Below are positions 11,170-21,796 of a stretch of 64,000 bases of DNA, piece after piece. The translations under genes were made by a program, and so were the position numbers. The first letter of the stretch is position 1. Each line of letters begins with the position of its first letter. This DNA is from Candidatus Latescibacterota bacterium (GTDB taxonomy: Bacteria > Latescibacterota > UBA2968 > SICM01): contig CBDCJO010000002.1 of assembly GCA_965217865.1 (NCBI GenBank), positions 64,001-128,000 of the forward strand. Reading direction: 5' to 3'. Below the pieces are notes generated by a model. The model was not told the origin of the DNA and did no database searches. It saw only the letters and a list, made by a program, of their open reading frames with translations.

Positions 11170-11912
11170 GCTGGTATAAAGAGCTAGAGAATCAAGAAGC
11201 ATCATGGTTAACCAGACGAAGGTTGATATTCCACGCTGGTGAATCGTTGCGGGCTTGGGTTCGAGAGGCATGCGCGATTGCTTGGAATGCCAGAGTTGTG
11301 AATGTCTATGGTATGGCCGAATTTGACTCAGTAGGATGTGAGGGACTATCCGAGGACAGCCTCATCTTGAGCCCTCATCTGAAGTATGCCATCGCCACGC
11401 CGGATAGTGGTCTATTCAGGCGGCTAAGAAGAGGTACAGAAGGAGAACTCTTGATCCGTTTCCGCAGGGAGGCTGCTGACTGGTACCATACGCACGATCT
11501 GGTGCGTGTAATTGATCGAGCTCCGTCTGACGAAATCTTATGGCCTGGCAGTTGGCGCATCGAGCATCTTGGGCGGACTGACAATGTGTTGAAGCTGCCA
11601 GACGGTTCCCTTGTGAGCGCAGAGCAACTAGATGAGGTTGCACAGAAGCTTCCTGGGATCGAATATATACAGCTTCAGCTCATCCGGAGCACTTCGGCTC
11701 CTGCCAGATTGAGGTTACTAGTTTCACCGTGTCAGGAAGTTTGTCCTCCCTCTAAAGTCGAAATAGAGGCATTGCTTATGGAACGATGTTTCGAACTAGC
11801 AGACGCAGTCAAATATAATGTAGTATTTGTTGAAGTCTTGTTAGTAAGTGTCTCCCAGTTGAAGCGAACTCCAAGGGGAAAGATTCAGAGCTTTGTGGAG
11901 ATCAACACATGA
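11159..11912 (+). pseudogene. Phenylacetate-CoA ligase-like adenylate-forming enzyme, C-terminal part only
   Basis: IFHAGESL...NVYGMAEF...YHTHDL...LGRTD motifs. The N-terminus is lost at the junction with the TonB receptor gene. Confidence 0.7.
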
Positions 11913-13225
11913 GTCTGCTTAGGCGAGTGGTTGAACATCCTCGATTCGATCAACGGGAAAGTGAATATCTTCGATGGTACCCGAAGACCCTTTCTTCAAG
12001 TCACAATGATCCTGCGTGGAAGGCAAGCTCTCTCAGAGGAGCATATATCCACATTCCATTCTGCGATAGGATTTGCAAATTCTGTCCATTCAATAAGATT
12101 GTGGCTGAAGATGTAGCAGTTGCTCGTTTTGTGAATGCATTGCGGCAGGAAATTCAAATACTTTCCGGAAGTATCGGTCCGGGGCCGTTGAGTTTCATCT
12201 ACTTTGGCGGTGGTACACCATCGGTTCTTAATCCGAATCAGATCTCAAGTATTCTCGAAGAAATAGATATGAGGTGGGGTTTAACTGGTGATGTCGAAGT
12301 TACACTGGAAACTCACCCAACCCATGCTAGGAAACATAGGCTTTATGCATCTGCTGCCGCAGGTATCAACCGTATTAGTATTGGAATCCAGAGCTTTGGA
12401 GGTCAACTCCTATCTGCCTTGGGGGCCACCCATGAGGCCCAAGATAGCTGGAAAGCTTTAGAGGATGCCTGTGCTGTATTCGAAAATGTTGCCGCAGATC
12501 TATTGTATCGCTATTGGCCCCAGACTATCGAAAATTGGCATGATGATCTAAAAATCGTCCTGGAGGAGTTCCAGATTCCGCACCTTAGTTGCTACGCACT
12601 TATCCCCTTTGGCGGACTCACCACTCAACCCCAACCGTCACAGGAAGAGGAAGTAGAATTTGCGCTCGAAGCGTTGAACTTCGGTCAGGCCCACGGTCTC
12701 CATCACTATGCATCTTGTGCGAGTGGAGGATTTGACATCGCAAAATCTGACCGAAGGTGCCGATACGAACTCGAACATTGGCGTAGTCCACAAAGCGATT
12801 TTGTTGGTTTGGGGCCTGGGGCGTTTGGCTTCGCTGGAGGCCATTCGACGGTGAATCGTTTGGGATTAATTGGCTACTGCAATCTCCTTGAGCAGGGACG
12901 TCTCCCTCTGGCTTCGATTGTACCCGTAAGTCAGATGGAACTTCGTCACCGATATTTTGTCCTGGGAGTGAAGGCACTTGAGGTTCCATTTGCGCCTTAT
13001 AGGTCTCTTTTCGAGAGAGACCCATTTCAGGACTTTGCAGATCCAATCGAAATGCTCGAACAGGAAGGACTTGCCAATGTTGATAGAGACTCGATGCGAT
13101 TGAGTCCCGTAGGTCGTCTCTACGTGGATACCTGTAGTACTCTCTTTTTCAGTAAATCTCAACGCGGTGTTCCTCATCCCGAGGAGCCCGAAGTAAGGGC
13201 TATCGAACGACTACTCCCTTGTTGA
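11909..13225 (+). CDS. HemN-like (class C) radical SAM enzyme
   Basis: YIHIPFCDRICKFC, YFGGGTPS, NRISIGIQSF, GLGPGA. It lacks the HemW HNxxYW motif. Confidence 0.85.
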   Translation: MSLLRRVVEHPRFDQRESEYLRWYPKTLSSSHNDPAWKASSLRGAYIHIPFCDRICKFCPFNKIVAEDVAVARFVNALRQEIQILSGSIGPGPLSFIYFGGGTPSVLNPNQISSILEEIDMRWGLTGDVEVTLETHPTHARKHRLYASAAAGINRISIGIQSFGGQLLSALGATHEAQDSWKALEDACAVFENVAADLLYRYWPQTIENWHDDLKIVLEEFQIPHLSCYALIPFGGLTTQPQPSQEEEVEFALEALNFGQAHGLHHYASCASGGFDIAKSDRRCRYELEHWRSPQSDFVGLGPGAFGFAGGHSTVNRLGLIGYCNLLEQGRLPLASIVPVSQMELRHRYFVLGVKALEVPFAPYRSLFERDPFQDFADPIEMLEQEGLANVDRDSMRLSPVGRLYVDTCSTLFFSKSQRGVPHPEEPEVRAIERLLPC

Positions 13226-13404
13226 TGGTTGACCCAGGCAGGTTCCTGTCGCAATGATGTTGAAGGGGCATCGACTCAACCCCCATATAGTAGCAAATGT
13301 GGTATGATAATTGCATGGCCCGGCCGAATCAATATATTGCTGAATGGGTCGATCTGCCTCGGGGGGTCGATGGTTTTATAAGCATTTAAGCTCATGATAC
13401 CATA

Positions 13405-14013
13405 ATGCACAAGGAGACATTGCTGTTTACCATTGAAACATTTCAATCACGCGCTCTTTCGGATAACTGGCATGAACGCGAAGAAGCAGGCTTCGCCCTG
13501 CGCGATCTTATGGAGAAATACTTTGACGAAGTTATGACTCTAACGGAGGGGTGGGTGACACATCCTTCTGAACGAGTACGGCGGGCAGCCTGCTTGGCTT
13601 GCATGCAGCGAAAGGCATATACCACTCCCGTACGTTTGCGTAAGATTCTGAGAAGGTTAGAGAAACTTATGGCTGATGATACAATGTATGTCCGAAAGTG
13701 TTGCGGTCCCTTCGTAGTAGGCTATCTTGGATATACATATCCCACATATACAATTCCTTGGCTCAGGAAGCAGGCAAAAAGGCATGATGTAAATGTGCGG
13801 ACAAATGTCGCAAAGGCATTCTCTCAGGCCCTCGGGCGACGTCATCCGGCCGAGGGCCTATCTATACTTCAAATCCTCGCGAATGACGAACGCCATCGAG
13901 TGCGTTCAGCTGTTTTAGCAGCCTTACGTAATATAGTTAAGTGGAAGTCCACTTCTCCCAAAGGAATCAAACTCCGATTACCAAATCTCTATGATCAAGT
14001 AATTCGGAAATAA
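13405..14013 (+). CDS. HEAT-repeat protein, DNA alkylation repair (AlkC/AlkD)-like
   Basis: Repeated helical units: WVTHPSERVRRAA, LMADDTMYVRK, RHDVNVRTNVA, LANDERHRVRSAV. Confidence 0.55.
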   Translation: MHKETLLFTIETFQSRALSDNWHEREEAGFALRDLMEKYFDEVMTLTEGWVTHPSERVRRAACLACMQRKAYTTPVRLRKILRRLEKLMADDTMYVRKCCGPFVVGYLGYTYPTYTIPWLRKQAKRHDVNVRTNVAKAFSQALGRRHPAEGLSILQILANDERHRVRSAVLAALRNIVKWKSTSPKGIKLRLPNLYDQVIRK

Positions 14014-14021
14014 ATTGGAAA

Positions 14022-15365
14022 ATGGAACACCTAGATGTCGTGATTGTAGGAGCGGGACTGGCCGGGCTTGCGACAGCGAGCCTTCTCACTCAGCGTGGCA
14101 TTCGGATTCGTATACTAGAGTCACGTACACGACCCGGAGGACGGATACTTACGTTGCGGGATCGTTGTTATGAGGGTCCTATAGATATGGGAGGTGAGTT
14201 CGTTGGGCGGCATCATGCTTCTACATTGGACTGGTGTAGCAAGTTTGGGATACAGCTAGGTCACGGATGTGGTAGTAATGGGAAGAACGTCCTTCCTGAA
14301 AGTGTAATCATAGACAATTCTCCGGTCGACTGTTATCATCACAACCAATTGAAACAAGAGCTTGAATGTGTTGTGGACAATTGTGTAGAAATGGCAAGAA
14401 AGGTTGATTTCGCGCGTCCCTGGAACTCCCCTTATGATGTCTCTTTATTGGATCGTATCTCGGTGGATGATTGGTTGCTGAAGAAGGGATTCTCTGATTC
14501 TCTGCGCAAGATTTTCTCTGATGTAGCTCCGGGTAGTCAGTCAATGTTAGGCTTGCTATCCTTGGTGGCAGGTGCCGGTGGCAGTTCTTTCTTCTTCGAT
14601 ACGGAAGCATTTACTATCGGAGATGGCGCAGGATCTCTCATTGGAGCCATCAGCAACTCCCTTGAGGATGTTATAAATTTTGAAATGCCAGTTGAACGCA
14701 TAGAAATTGCCAAGAGAAGTGTGGTTGTAGAAGCAAAGAGATCCAATGGACAACGATGTCAGTATCGGACGAGAGCAGTGGTTGTAGCTATACCACCTTC
14801 ATGCTGGCCCTATATCTCTGGGTTCCCAGGATTTCTTCTTAATCTTGCTCCCGAAATGTCAAAGAATCGAAAGCTGTCATTGATTGTGAAGCTGGCAAAA
14901 CGTGACCATTTACCCGGGGGTTGTGAGATATTGACAGACGGACCATGCCGACTCATTAGGCAATCTCACTTCCCAAATTTTCGACGTGAACGAGTTGCTA
15001 AAGTGGATATTTTGGTATGTCCGTTTTTGGGGAGAGGAAATCTCACAAAACGGGCTCTTGCAAGCACAGCGATGAAGTCATGCAACATCCATAATCGAAG
15101 ACTGAGAGCTGTCCATGAGCATCGATGGGATAGGGTGATCTGGTCACGTGGTGCTTACCCAGTATTTGGACCTAACCGCCTTTCCCGCAATTACCATTGG
15201 ATAATAGACGGACAACCTCCAATGTTCTTCGCGGGCGATTGTGTTATTCCCGGATATGCTGGATATATGGAAGGAGCTTTGCGTTCTTCTGAGATCGCAG
15301 TACATCAAGTCACACAATTCCTCAAAGCAAGTCACAGGCTTGATCGCTTGACAGGATTGGCCTAG
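14022..15365 (+). CDS. Flavin monoamine oxidase family protein
   Basis: VIVGAGLAGLATA, LESRTRPGGR, DMGGEF, WSRGAY, FFAGD...GYMEGALRS. Confidence 0.85.
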   Translation: MEHLDVVIVGAGLAGLATASLLTQRGIRIRILESRTRPGGRILTLRDRCYEGPIDMGGEFVGRHHASTLDWCSKFGIQLGHGCGSNGKNVLPESVIIDNSPVDCYHHNQLKQELECVVDNCVEMARKVDFARPWNSPYDVSLLDRISVDDWLLKKGFSDSLRKIFSDVAPGSQSMLGLLSLVAGAGGSSFFFDTEAFTIGDGAGSLIGAISNSLEDVINFEMPVERIEIAKRSVVVEAKRSNGQRCQYRTRAVVVAIPPSCWPYISGFPGFLLNLAPEMSKNRKLSLIVKLAKRDHLPGGCEILTDGPCRLIRQSHFPNFRRERVAKVDILVCPFLGRGNLTKRALASTAMKSCNIHNRRLRAVHEHRWDRVIWSRGAYPVFGPNRLSRNYHWIIDGQPPMFFAGDCVIPGYAGYMEGALRSSEIAVHQVTQFLKASHRLDRLTGLA

Positions 15366-15419
15366 TGATCCACGCAAACCCTCCTTCGGAGTTTCCCATC
15401 ATGAGCTGAAGGAGGGCGG

Positions 15420-15828
15420 TCATGGTGTTTGCTTTGCGCCAGAGAGTCAGATAGGCGCCAATCGATCCCGTGTCCGACTCCAACCTCTCAAAATACCTAT
15501 TAACAAAGGCGGAAAATAAGACCCACAGGTGGAATGGCTCTTGCGACCTCATATGAGGCGTGTAAAGCGGCTTGCACAGCCTCTCCACAAAGTCGTCAAA
15601 GCCTTCCGTCCTCACACCTGATTCAGCTTCTGGTAGAACGGACACTCCGATGACTGCACCAGAGCGCTGGATGTTATAAACAGGCTCTCCTGTCTCTGTC
15701 GTCATCGCTTCCCCATTGCCATGGCTTCGCCCCCCCTTCCAAAGTTTGAACCTGCTCTATCATAAGCCCACACCATGGGGGAAGACAAGAGTCAATTTGG
15801 GCATGAATCGCAGTTTTTCAACGGGCTG
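15420..15828 (-). mobile_element. IS1182-family remnant: left end and degraded transposase 5' part
   Basis: The reverse complement aligns by eye with 58281-58580 (CAGCCCGTTGAAAA end; MAMGKR...PFYQKLNQV...GFDDFVERLC). Contains stops and frameshifts. Confidence 0.75.
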
Positions 15829-15863
15829 TTAGGTCGATTGTCTCCATATGAGCGATCATTGGA

Positions 15864-16595
15864 ATGAGTTATATACGAGAAGATGAGCGAGCGTTCTCAT
15901 TCGAGAGCAATGTTCTTGTCCCTGTTCTAGATGCAATATGGCCCTTCAGCGGTGTTATAGAGATCAATGGCATAGGCCATGTGCTGGTAAAGCAGAATGT
16001 CAAAACTGAAATTCACCTATTTTCAACGACTACCAATAGTTCCTTCAAAGATCGTCTGAAACTCACCATGACTTCTAGGGGAGTCACTAGTTCACGTGAC
16101 ACAAAGAGATCTATAGGAGAAACCAAATATGAGAGGATGGAGAGGGACCGAATGGGATTGAATGTAACCTTGGAAATGCTCCATAACTTCGGGACATTGC
16201 TTTCCTCATTTCTTAAGGAGCGAGTGAGTCTAACGTATCTTTCTCGTGGACGAACATTCAGAGTAGGTATTGATAAGGTTGTTGCCTTCAACCCCGGAGA
16301 TCCGTCTGTACATGGGGAGCCCTTCTTTCATATTGAATTCGAGGATAGCGATATTCTCGAATCGGATGATATCTATAATTCGGATTTTTTCAGAATCAAG
16401 CTTGAACCTCTACTCATACCGCTCGAATATGAAGATACAAAATGGCTGAAGGCCTGCCGGTTCTGTCCAAAGGATTTCTCATTGACGTTCGAAACACCGG
16501 ACAAACTGCTGGATTATTTCAAGAAGGTGATTGACAGCATTATGCCTGCGAAAGTGCCTCTCGAAGATTTCATTTTGAGCCAGGTACATTCGTGA
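15864..16595 (+). CDS. Divergent CYTH-like (triphosphate tunnel) protein
   Basis: N-terminal REDERAF resembles ExExKF; later KER...VGIDKV...HIEFE...TKW pattern. Adjacent to a clear CYTH gene. Confidence 0.45.
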   Translation: MSYIREDERAFSFESNVLVPVLDAIWPFSGVIEINGIGHVLVKQNVKTEIHLFSTTTNSSFKDRLKLTMTSRGVTSSRDTKRSIGETKYERMERDRMGLNVTLEMLHNFGTLLSSFLKERVSLTYLSRGRTFRVGIDKVVAFNPGDPSVHGEPFFHIEFEDSDILESDDIYNSDFFRIKLEPLLIPLEYEDTKWLKACRFCPKDFSLTFETPDKLLDYFKKVIDSIMPAKVPLEDFILSQVHS

Positions 16596-16866
16596 TAGGT
16601 CAGCCTTGATCCGGTGATAATGACCTCGCTAAGCACAGGATTGGCTCAGGTTAAGTGCATTCTAGGATGGATTCCCGAATCTACCAGAGAAACCATGCCA
16701 ACTCAAAACCCTTCCATCACTTTCAATGTGGGTGGATCGCTAAACCCTGGCATACAAACCTATTAGGACTTCTAGGAAATTGAGTATATTTCTCAGATAT
16801 GGTGATTTCACCTCTCCGAAGTTCATCCTTTGTCACCCGTGAATCCTGGAGGGAGGGAGGCAAATC

Positions 16867-17589
16867 GTGAAATTTATCGAGAATTTTGAATGTGAGATAA
16901 AGATGAGATGTGATTACGGACATGACTATAGAAGTGCGCTTGATACTATTGGGACAAAGTGTCATTCTATGGTCTATTGCGGTAATGAGACAATCCTTGA
17001 TACCTACTTTGATACATCCAATCATCTTCTCTTAAGATGTGGCCATACGCTTCGTAAGAGGTATCGCAAAGATAAGAGTGTCAAGTATAACTACAAATTT
17101 CCACTTGAAATTCGAAATGATATACTGGTAAGTAGAGAAATTATAGCAGACACTGGGAGTCAGCTACTTGATCTAGGAGATCCCTTTCATCTGAGATTGC
17201 CGATACTATCTCATTTAGTGTCATTCTTAGTTCAGGAGAACTTCTTATTGGCCAAAGATAGTGAGAATATGGTCGACAATATCCTGCATGACTTCTCCCC
17301 GCAAATTCTATTGTGTACCAAGCGAACGCTTTACATCCCAGTTGAAGAGAAGTGGTATATGACAGGGGTTGTCCTTGTTGATAGAGTTGAGTGTTTCAAA
17401 TCTAAGACCTATGGAGAGAAACCTGATCTTTCCTTTTCGGAGTTGGAAATGGAGCTGTGGGATGGAAAGGTTTGCCCTGGTACTATTGATATATTGGAGG
17501 AGAGGAAATTGGCGTTGATGTCATTGGGATATACTCCAACTCATGAATCCAAGTATTCTTATGCTGTTCATATGGTTGAGAAGATGTAG
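16867..17589 (+). CDS. CYTH domain protein
   Basis: ECEIK, DTYFDT, LRKR, ELEMEL, SKY motifs. Confidence 0.8.
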   Translation: MKFIENFECEIKMRCDYGHDYRSALDTIGTKCHSMVYCGNETILDTYFDTSNHLLLRCGHTLRKRYRKDKSVKYNYKFPLEIRNDILVSREIIADTGSQLLDLGDPFHLRLPILSHLVSFLVQENFLLAKDSENMVDNILHDFSPQILLCTKRTLYIPVEEKWYMTGVVLVDRVECFKSKTYGEKPDLSFSELEMELWDGKVCPGTIDILEERKLALMSLGYTPTHESKYSYAVHMVEKM

Positions 17590-17910
17590 TTTTGTCAGAG
17601 TCGATCCCCTTTTGGGTTTACATCTGGAGCGTGTCTGCATTATCAAGATGCATCGAACCTCTTGCGATGTGGCCTGTCTGATTGTCAGCAGCGGGCAGTT
17701 TTGAAACCGTTTCCGTCAACGCCTGCGGCCCGGAGCTTGTGCAACAATGACATGAGGAGTTTTATCGAAAGTCGGTAAGCATATATGGGAGTATTATCAC
17801 AGCGTGATCGGAAACCATTGGGGGGGATGCATCCAAGTGTCTTCCGGAAAGCCTGCCAAGTGGCTCAGAAGAAACAAAGCCTTGACGCGGTTCGTGAAGG
17901 GTGAATTCGT

Positions 17911-18270
17911 ATGCGAAGCATTGAGATAAATCTTGGTAGTGCATCGAATGAAAGATGGGTCCCTGCCGTTCTTGAACAGATATGCGAATCTTTCGGTCTT
18001 CGTTCAACATTGAAAGGCACCCTCAAGAGTTATCCAGGATCCTTTCATTGGCATTTCAAGAAGGGAGATCGTCGGGGTACTCTGGAGGTAACATTCTGGC
18101 CTCGCATGAATCGTGCTTGGCTATCAGTTCAAGAAGGGCGGACAGGAAATTGGATTGACGAGGTGATAGTTCCTCTTAAGGATCGGATGGAGCAGCAACT
18201 TAGTCAGGGTAAGGAGGTTCATCGTAATTTTGGAAAGAGTTCAAGGCAAGATGGTCAAAGCCACAAGTAG
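17911..18270 (+). CDS. Hypothetical protein
   Basis: 119-aa ORF with protein-like composition (GSFHWHFKKG...GTLEVTFW); no family recognised. Confidence 0.55.
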   Translation: MRSIEINLGSASNERWVPAVLEQICESFGLRSTLKGTLKSYPGSFHWHFKKGDRRGTLEVTFWPRMNRAWLSVQEGRTGNWIDEVIVPLKDRMEQQLSQGKEVHRNFGKSSRQDGQSHK

Positions 18271-18581
18271 ACCACTATATCGCTCCCTGGCGGTAGCTTA
18301 GCCCTCCATTTGTGATCCCAAGGCAGCTTCGCCACAATTTGCAGCTTGGTTGCCCTCCAGGATCTCCTTTTACGAGAGGGGGCGAGATCGGATTCGCTGC
18401 ACGGAGAAACAGACTGCCTTCCTGGCAGTTGCCCGCTTCGCTACCTCTTGAACGAGAAACTTTCAGCTGGAGTCTTGGCATTTTCGCCTCTTTGGGCAAA
18501 CACTCCCCCAAAATCACCAATGAGCAAGGCCTTAGTGGAGAGCCAAGCCTGAGGGTATTATTAGAGGAGAACTCTACTGTC

Positions 18582-18986
18582 GTGGAAAAGTCTCTCTATC
18601 TTGGGATAGTTTTGACTAAGCAGACTATTAGGATTTGTGTAGTGGATGAGTGCGGAAACCAAATTGGTCATATGGCGATGAGTCGCAATTCGGGAAACGT
18701 TCCGGACCTTCAGAATTGGATTTCTGGAATTACTGCAAGGGGAACTAACCTTTACGCTGCCCTTGGCAATCCGGAGAAGGAAGTTGTGGACTTTCTACTT
18801 AGAAATAATATGGCTGTGGCGCCAATAGACATGACTAACCTGGATCAAGTTGTTACTCCTTGTAATATGGCGAGACCCAAGGCAACTCAGAGGGATGAGT
18901 GTAAGTTAGCTGAGTTCTTAAGGCTTCGGAATACAGAGAGTCTTGACTCGGATACGATAAGAAGATTGTTGGATGAGGAGATCTGA
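18582..18986 (+). CDS. Stand-alone degenerate IS110 DEDD/RuvC-like N-terminal domain
   Basis: GTG preceded by AGAGGAG. YLGIVLTKQTIRICVVDECG and KATQRDECKLAEFLR resemble the IS110 motifs GIDxxK..VVD and KTDxxDAxxLA. Confidence 0.5.
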   Translation: MEKSLYLGIVLTKQTIRICVVDECGNQIGHMAMSRNSGNVPDLQNWISGITARGTNLYAALGNPEKEVVDFLLRNNMAVAPIDMTNLDQVVTPCNMARPKATQRDECKLAEFLRLRNTESLDSDTIRRLLDEEI

Positions 18987-19505
18987 GGAAATCGTGACAA
19001 TGTGAAATGTTGAAATCAAGAGGACCTACGAGTAAGCCTCGATTTCTATTTCAGTATTATAGATTTAGGTCTTATTACATCGTGGTGTGCCTGTTATAAT
19101 TCTTCTTTGGTGTCACTTTATGGAGTAACAACAGGCTTTCGCATAATATATATAATGAGAAGAGGCAAAATGAGACAAGTCAACTAAATTTCATATTGAA
19201 TCAATTTGTGCTCTTTGTCTTGCCTTGCCTCTCATTTCTCGATATAGCGCTTGGAAGTAAGTCTTTTACTCTGACTCCAGAGATAGAGGGACCATTCTTT
19301 CACATCACAACTTTTATTTCTTACCTTTGCTTTACCGGTCCTTTCTTTGCCGCTGGTCTATTAGATGGCAGACGATAAAGACCATAAAATAGGAAGAGGA
19401 GCTCTTCCTGTCGTTTCGCATCATGAGCAGATAGGGAGGCGTATCTAGGGACTATGCGAAGTGAAATGCCGATATCAATGGGAAGACTCAATACTCAAAG
19501 GAAGC

Positions 19506-19736
19506 TTGTCGATCATGACTAAATTAATGAAGGAAATGTTAAGATATTTTTTAGATGATGAAATCAGATGTCCAAAATGTAACTCTCAAGATCATTCAAG
19601 AGTACACCTGCCCAATGATAGGGCCCCCTCAACGTCGTCATATGGAATGTACACTTTTGGTACAGGTTTTCTCATCAACCTACCTAATGTGTTTAGATAT
19701 AAGTGTAACAAATGTCAAAATACATGGAACGCTTAA
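19506..19736 (+). CDS. Small zinc-ribbon protein
   Basis: CPKC...YKCNKC pair; start uncertain (19461-19537). Confidence 0.45.
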   Translation: MSIMTKLMKEMLRYFLDDEIRCPKCNSQDHSRVHLPNDRAPSTSSYGMYTFGTGFLINLPNVFRYKCNKCQNTWNA

Positions 19737-20329
19737 GTACAAGCAAAATTATTTTTTCGGAAAGCCAATGTTGAAATATGTCCTTCGATTCTTTTGTTGC
19801 CCTATGAGTCATCTTGGCATAGTTCCTCAGCATCATCCTTTCATGCTCGCCCTCTATCATACCTTTCTCCTTTCACCGTATTGAGTGGGTTGTCATTGAG
19901 GTCTTCTTCCTTCGCCCGCTTCCTGGTCTTTGGTCTTGAGTGTAACCTCAAAGAACTCTGGCCAGCAGTTTCCGAGATAATAAATCTGGGCACCATTCTC
20001 ATTTGCGTTCTGAAGGAATTGAATGGCAAGATCTAGAGAAGAGCTTCTACCACAGCCTGGAAGTCCTCTGTGTATCTGACAAGGTATCTCGGCATTTTAG
20101 GTCTCCTAATTTCTCAATACCCATTAGGCTTATCGGGAGTTCTGCTTTCGGCAAACCCGTAGATGGTTTTCTCTCACGCATTTCCCGCACACAGGTCCTA
20201 ACAGGACTTCGGCAGGATCGTGATGAGCTAAGGCGTCAGAAAGCGGATAGACCAGGTATGGAACCACCTGGGATATCGTGAATTAGCTATCGCGGAGAGA
20301 ATGAACCACGTGAAATTAAAGGGATACAA

Positions 20330-21466
20330 TTGCCCGTGGAAAAATTGTTAAAAAATTCCGAGCTCGCAGATATTTCCGAAAAGGCCCTGAAAGGAGTTCG
20401 CCTTTCCAGAGAAGACGGCATACGCCTTTATGAGACCCAAGATCTTCCCGTCCTCGGAACCATGGCCAACCAGGTTCGGGAACGGATAAACGGCAACCTG
20501 GCCTACTACGTCCGAAATCAGCATATCAACTACACCAACATATGCAACAAATTTTCTAAATTTTGCTCTTTCTATGTAGCGCCGAAAGATGAACGGGGTT
20601 ATGTCCTCTACGCTGAGGATATCAAGGCTCGGGTCCTGGAGCATATCAAGATGCGGATCACGGAGATCCATATGGTGGCCGGCATAAACCCAAAGCTTCC
20701 GTACCAATATTACCTGGATATTCTAGATGCAGTCCGGGAGGCCAGACCGGACGTCCATATCAAGGCCTTTACCATGATCGAGCTGGCACAAATCCAGCGT
20801 GTAGCAAAGAAACCACTCCGCGACGTTCTCGTGGAGCTCAAAGCGCACGGCCTATCTTCCCTACCCGGTGGGGGCGCCGAAGTCTTTAGCGAACGTGTCC
20901 ACGAGGATCTTTTCTGGACCAAGGCCGACTCAGAGCAATGGCTGTCCATCGCGCGTATCGCACACGAGGTGGGGCTTCGCGCCAACGCAACGATGCTCTA
21001 CGGTCACGTCGAGAATACCGAAGAAAAAGTAGATCACCTGATTCGTCTCCGGGAACTTCAGGACGAAAAGGGGGGATTTCTCACTTATATCTCCCTCTCG
21101 TTTCACCCGGAAAGAACAGAACTGGAAACCATCCCAGGTCCGACGGGGTCTGACGATCTGAAGGAGATCGCGGTCGGCCGCTTGATGCTCGACAACTTTC
21201 CCCACATCAAGACCTTCTGGATCATGAACACGATCGAAGTCTCCCAGGCCGCCCTCTGGTATGGAGCGGATGACATCGACGGGACGATCATGGAGTACGA
21301 GATCACCCGGAAGACTGTTGAAGAGACAAAACAGATGCTCAGTTCCCAACAGCTTTTCGACCGGATCGTCGAGGCCGGCCGCGACCCGGTGGAACGCGAT
21401 AACCTCTACAACGTCGTCTCCGCCGAAAGGGAGGTTCCCCTCCCTGACGAGCTGCTCCAGGCTTAA
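20330..21466 (+). CDS. mqnE: Aminofutalosine synthase (radical SAM, CofH/MqnE family)
   Basis: HINYTNIC, HIKAFT, LPGGGAEVF, NATMLYGHVE, LDNFPHIK.FW; clustered with mqnC and mqnA. The cluster motif reads CxxxSxxC. Confidence 0.85.
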   Translation: MPVEKLLKNSELADISEKALKGVRLSREDGIRLYETQDLPVLGTMANQVRERINGNLAYYVRNQHINYTNICNKFSKFCSFYVAPKDERGYVLYAEDIKARVLEHIKMRITEIHMVAGINPKLPYQYYLDILDAVREARPDVHIKAFTMIELAQIQRVAKKPLRDVLVELKAHGLSSLPGGGAEVFSERVHEDLFWTKADSEQWLSIARIAHEVGLRANATMLYGHVENTEEKVDHLIRLRELQDEKGGFLTYISLSFHPERTELETIPGPTGSDDLKEIAVGRLMLDNFPHIKTFWIMNTIEVSQAALWYGADDIDGTIMEYEITRKTVEETKQMLSSQQLFDRIVEAGRDPVERDNLYNVVSAEREVPLPDELLQA

Positions 21467-21796
21467 CGGAGCCCTGAATCAAAATGAAAATCGGCCTCGC
21501 TGAATCTTCTGCGAAACCGATTATAAAATGAAACAAGATATTGGCGGCTTAAAGGATCTCAATAAGATTCTGGTCGAAGGTTAGCTTTTCGCCTACGAGC
21601 GGAGATCTTCCTATGAGGACCATACGTTCCTCGGGCGGGGAGGGGAACCCTCTTTGTCTCCCCTTCTTCCATTCCGATTACCCTATTTTCAAGGTATTTC
21701 CCCCTCGAATAGCACGGACATTCGTTCACCCTGGATGTAAGTTAAGCGATTGAAAACAAAATTTCAAGCCTTAAATCTGGATTAGGAGCACCCGCG

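Noticed and set aside
10704-11912. 402-aa ORF as a single protein
   Set aside because: Its first ~150 aa are an off-frame shadow of the TonB receptor; only the part after 11158 has ligase motifs.
11909-13225. Naming the gene hemN or hemW
   Set aside because: It lacks the HemW HNxxYW motif and has no heme-pathway context.
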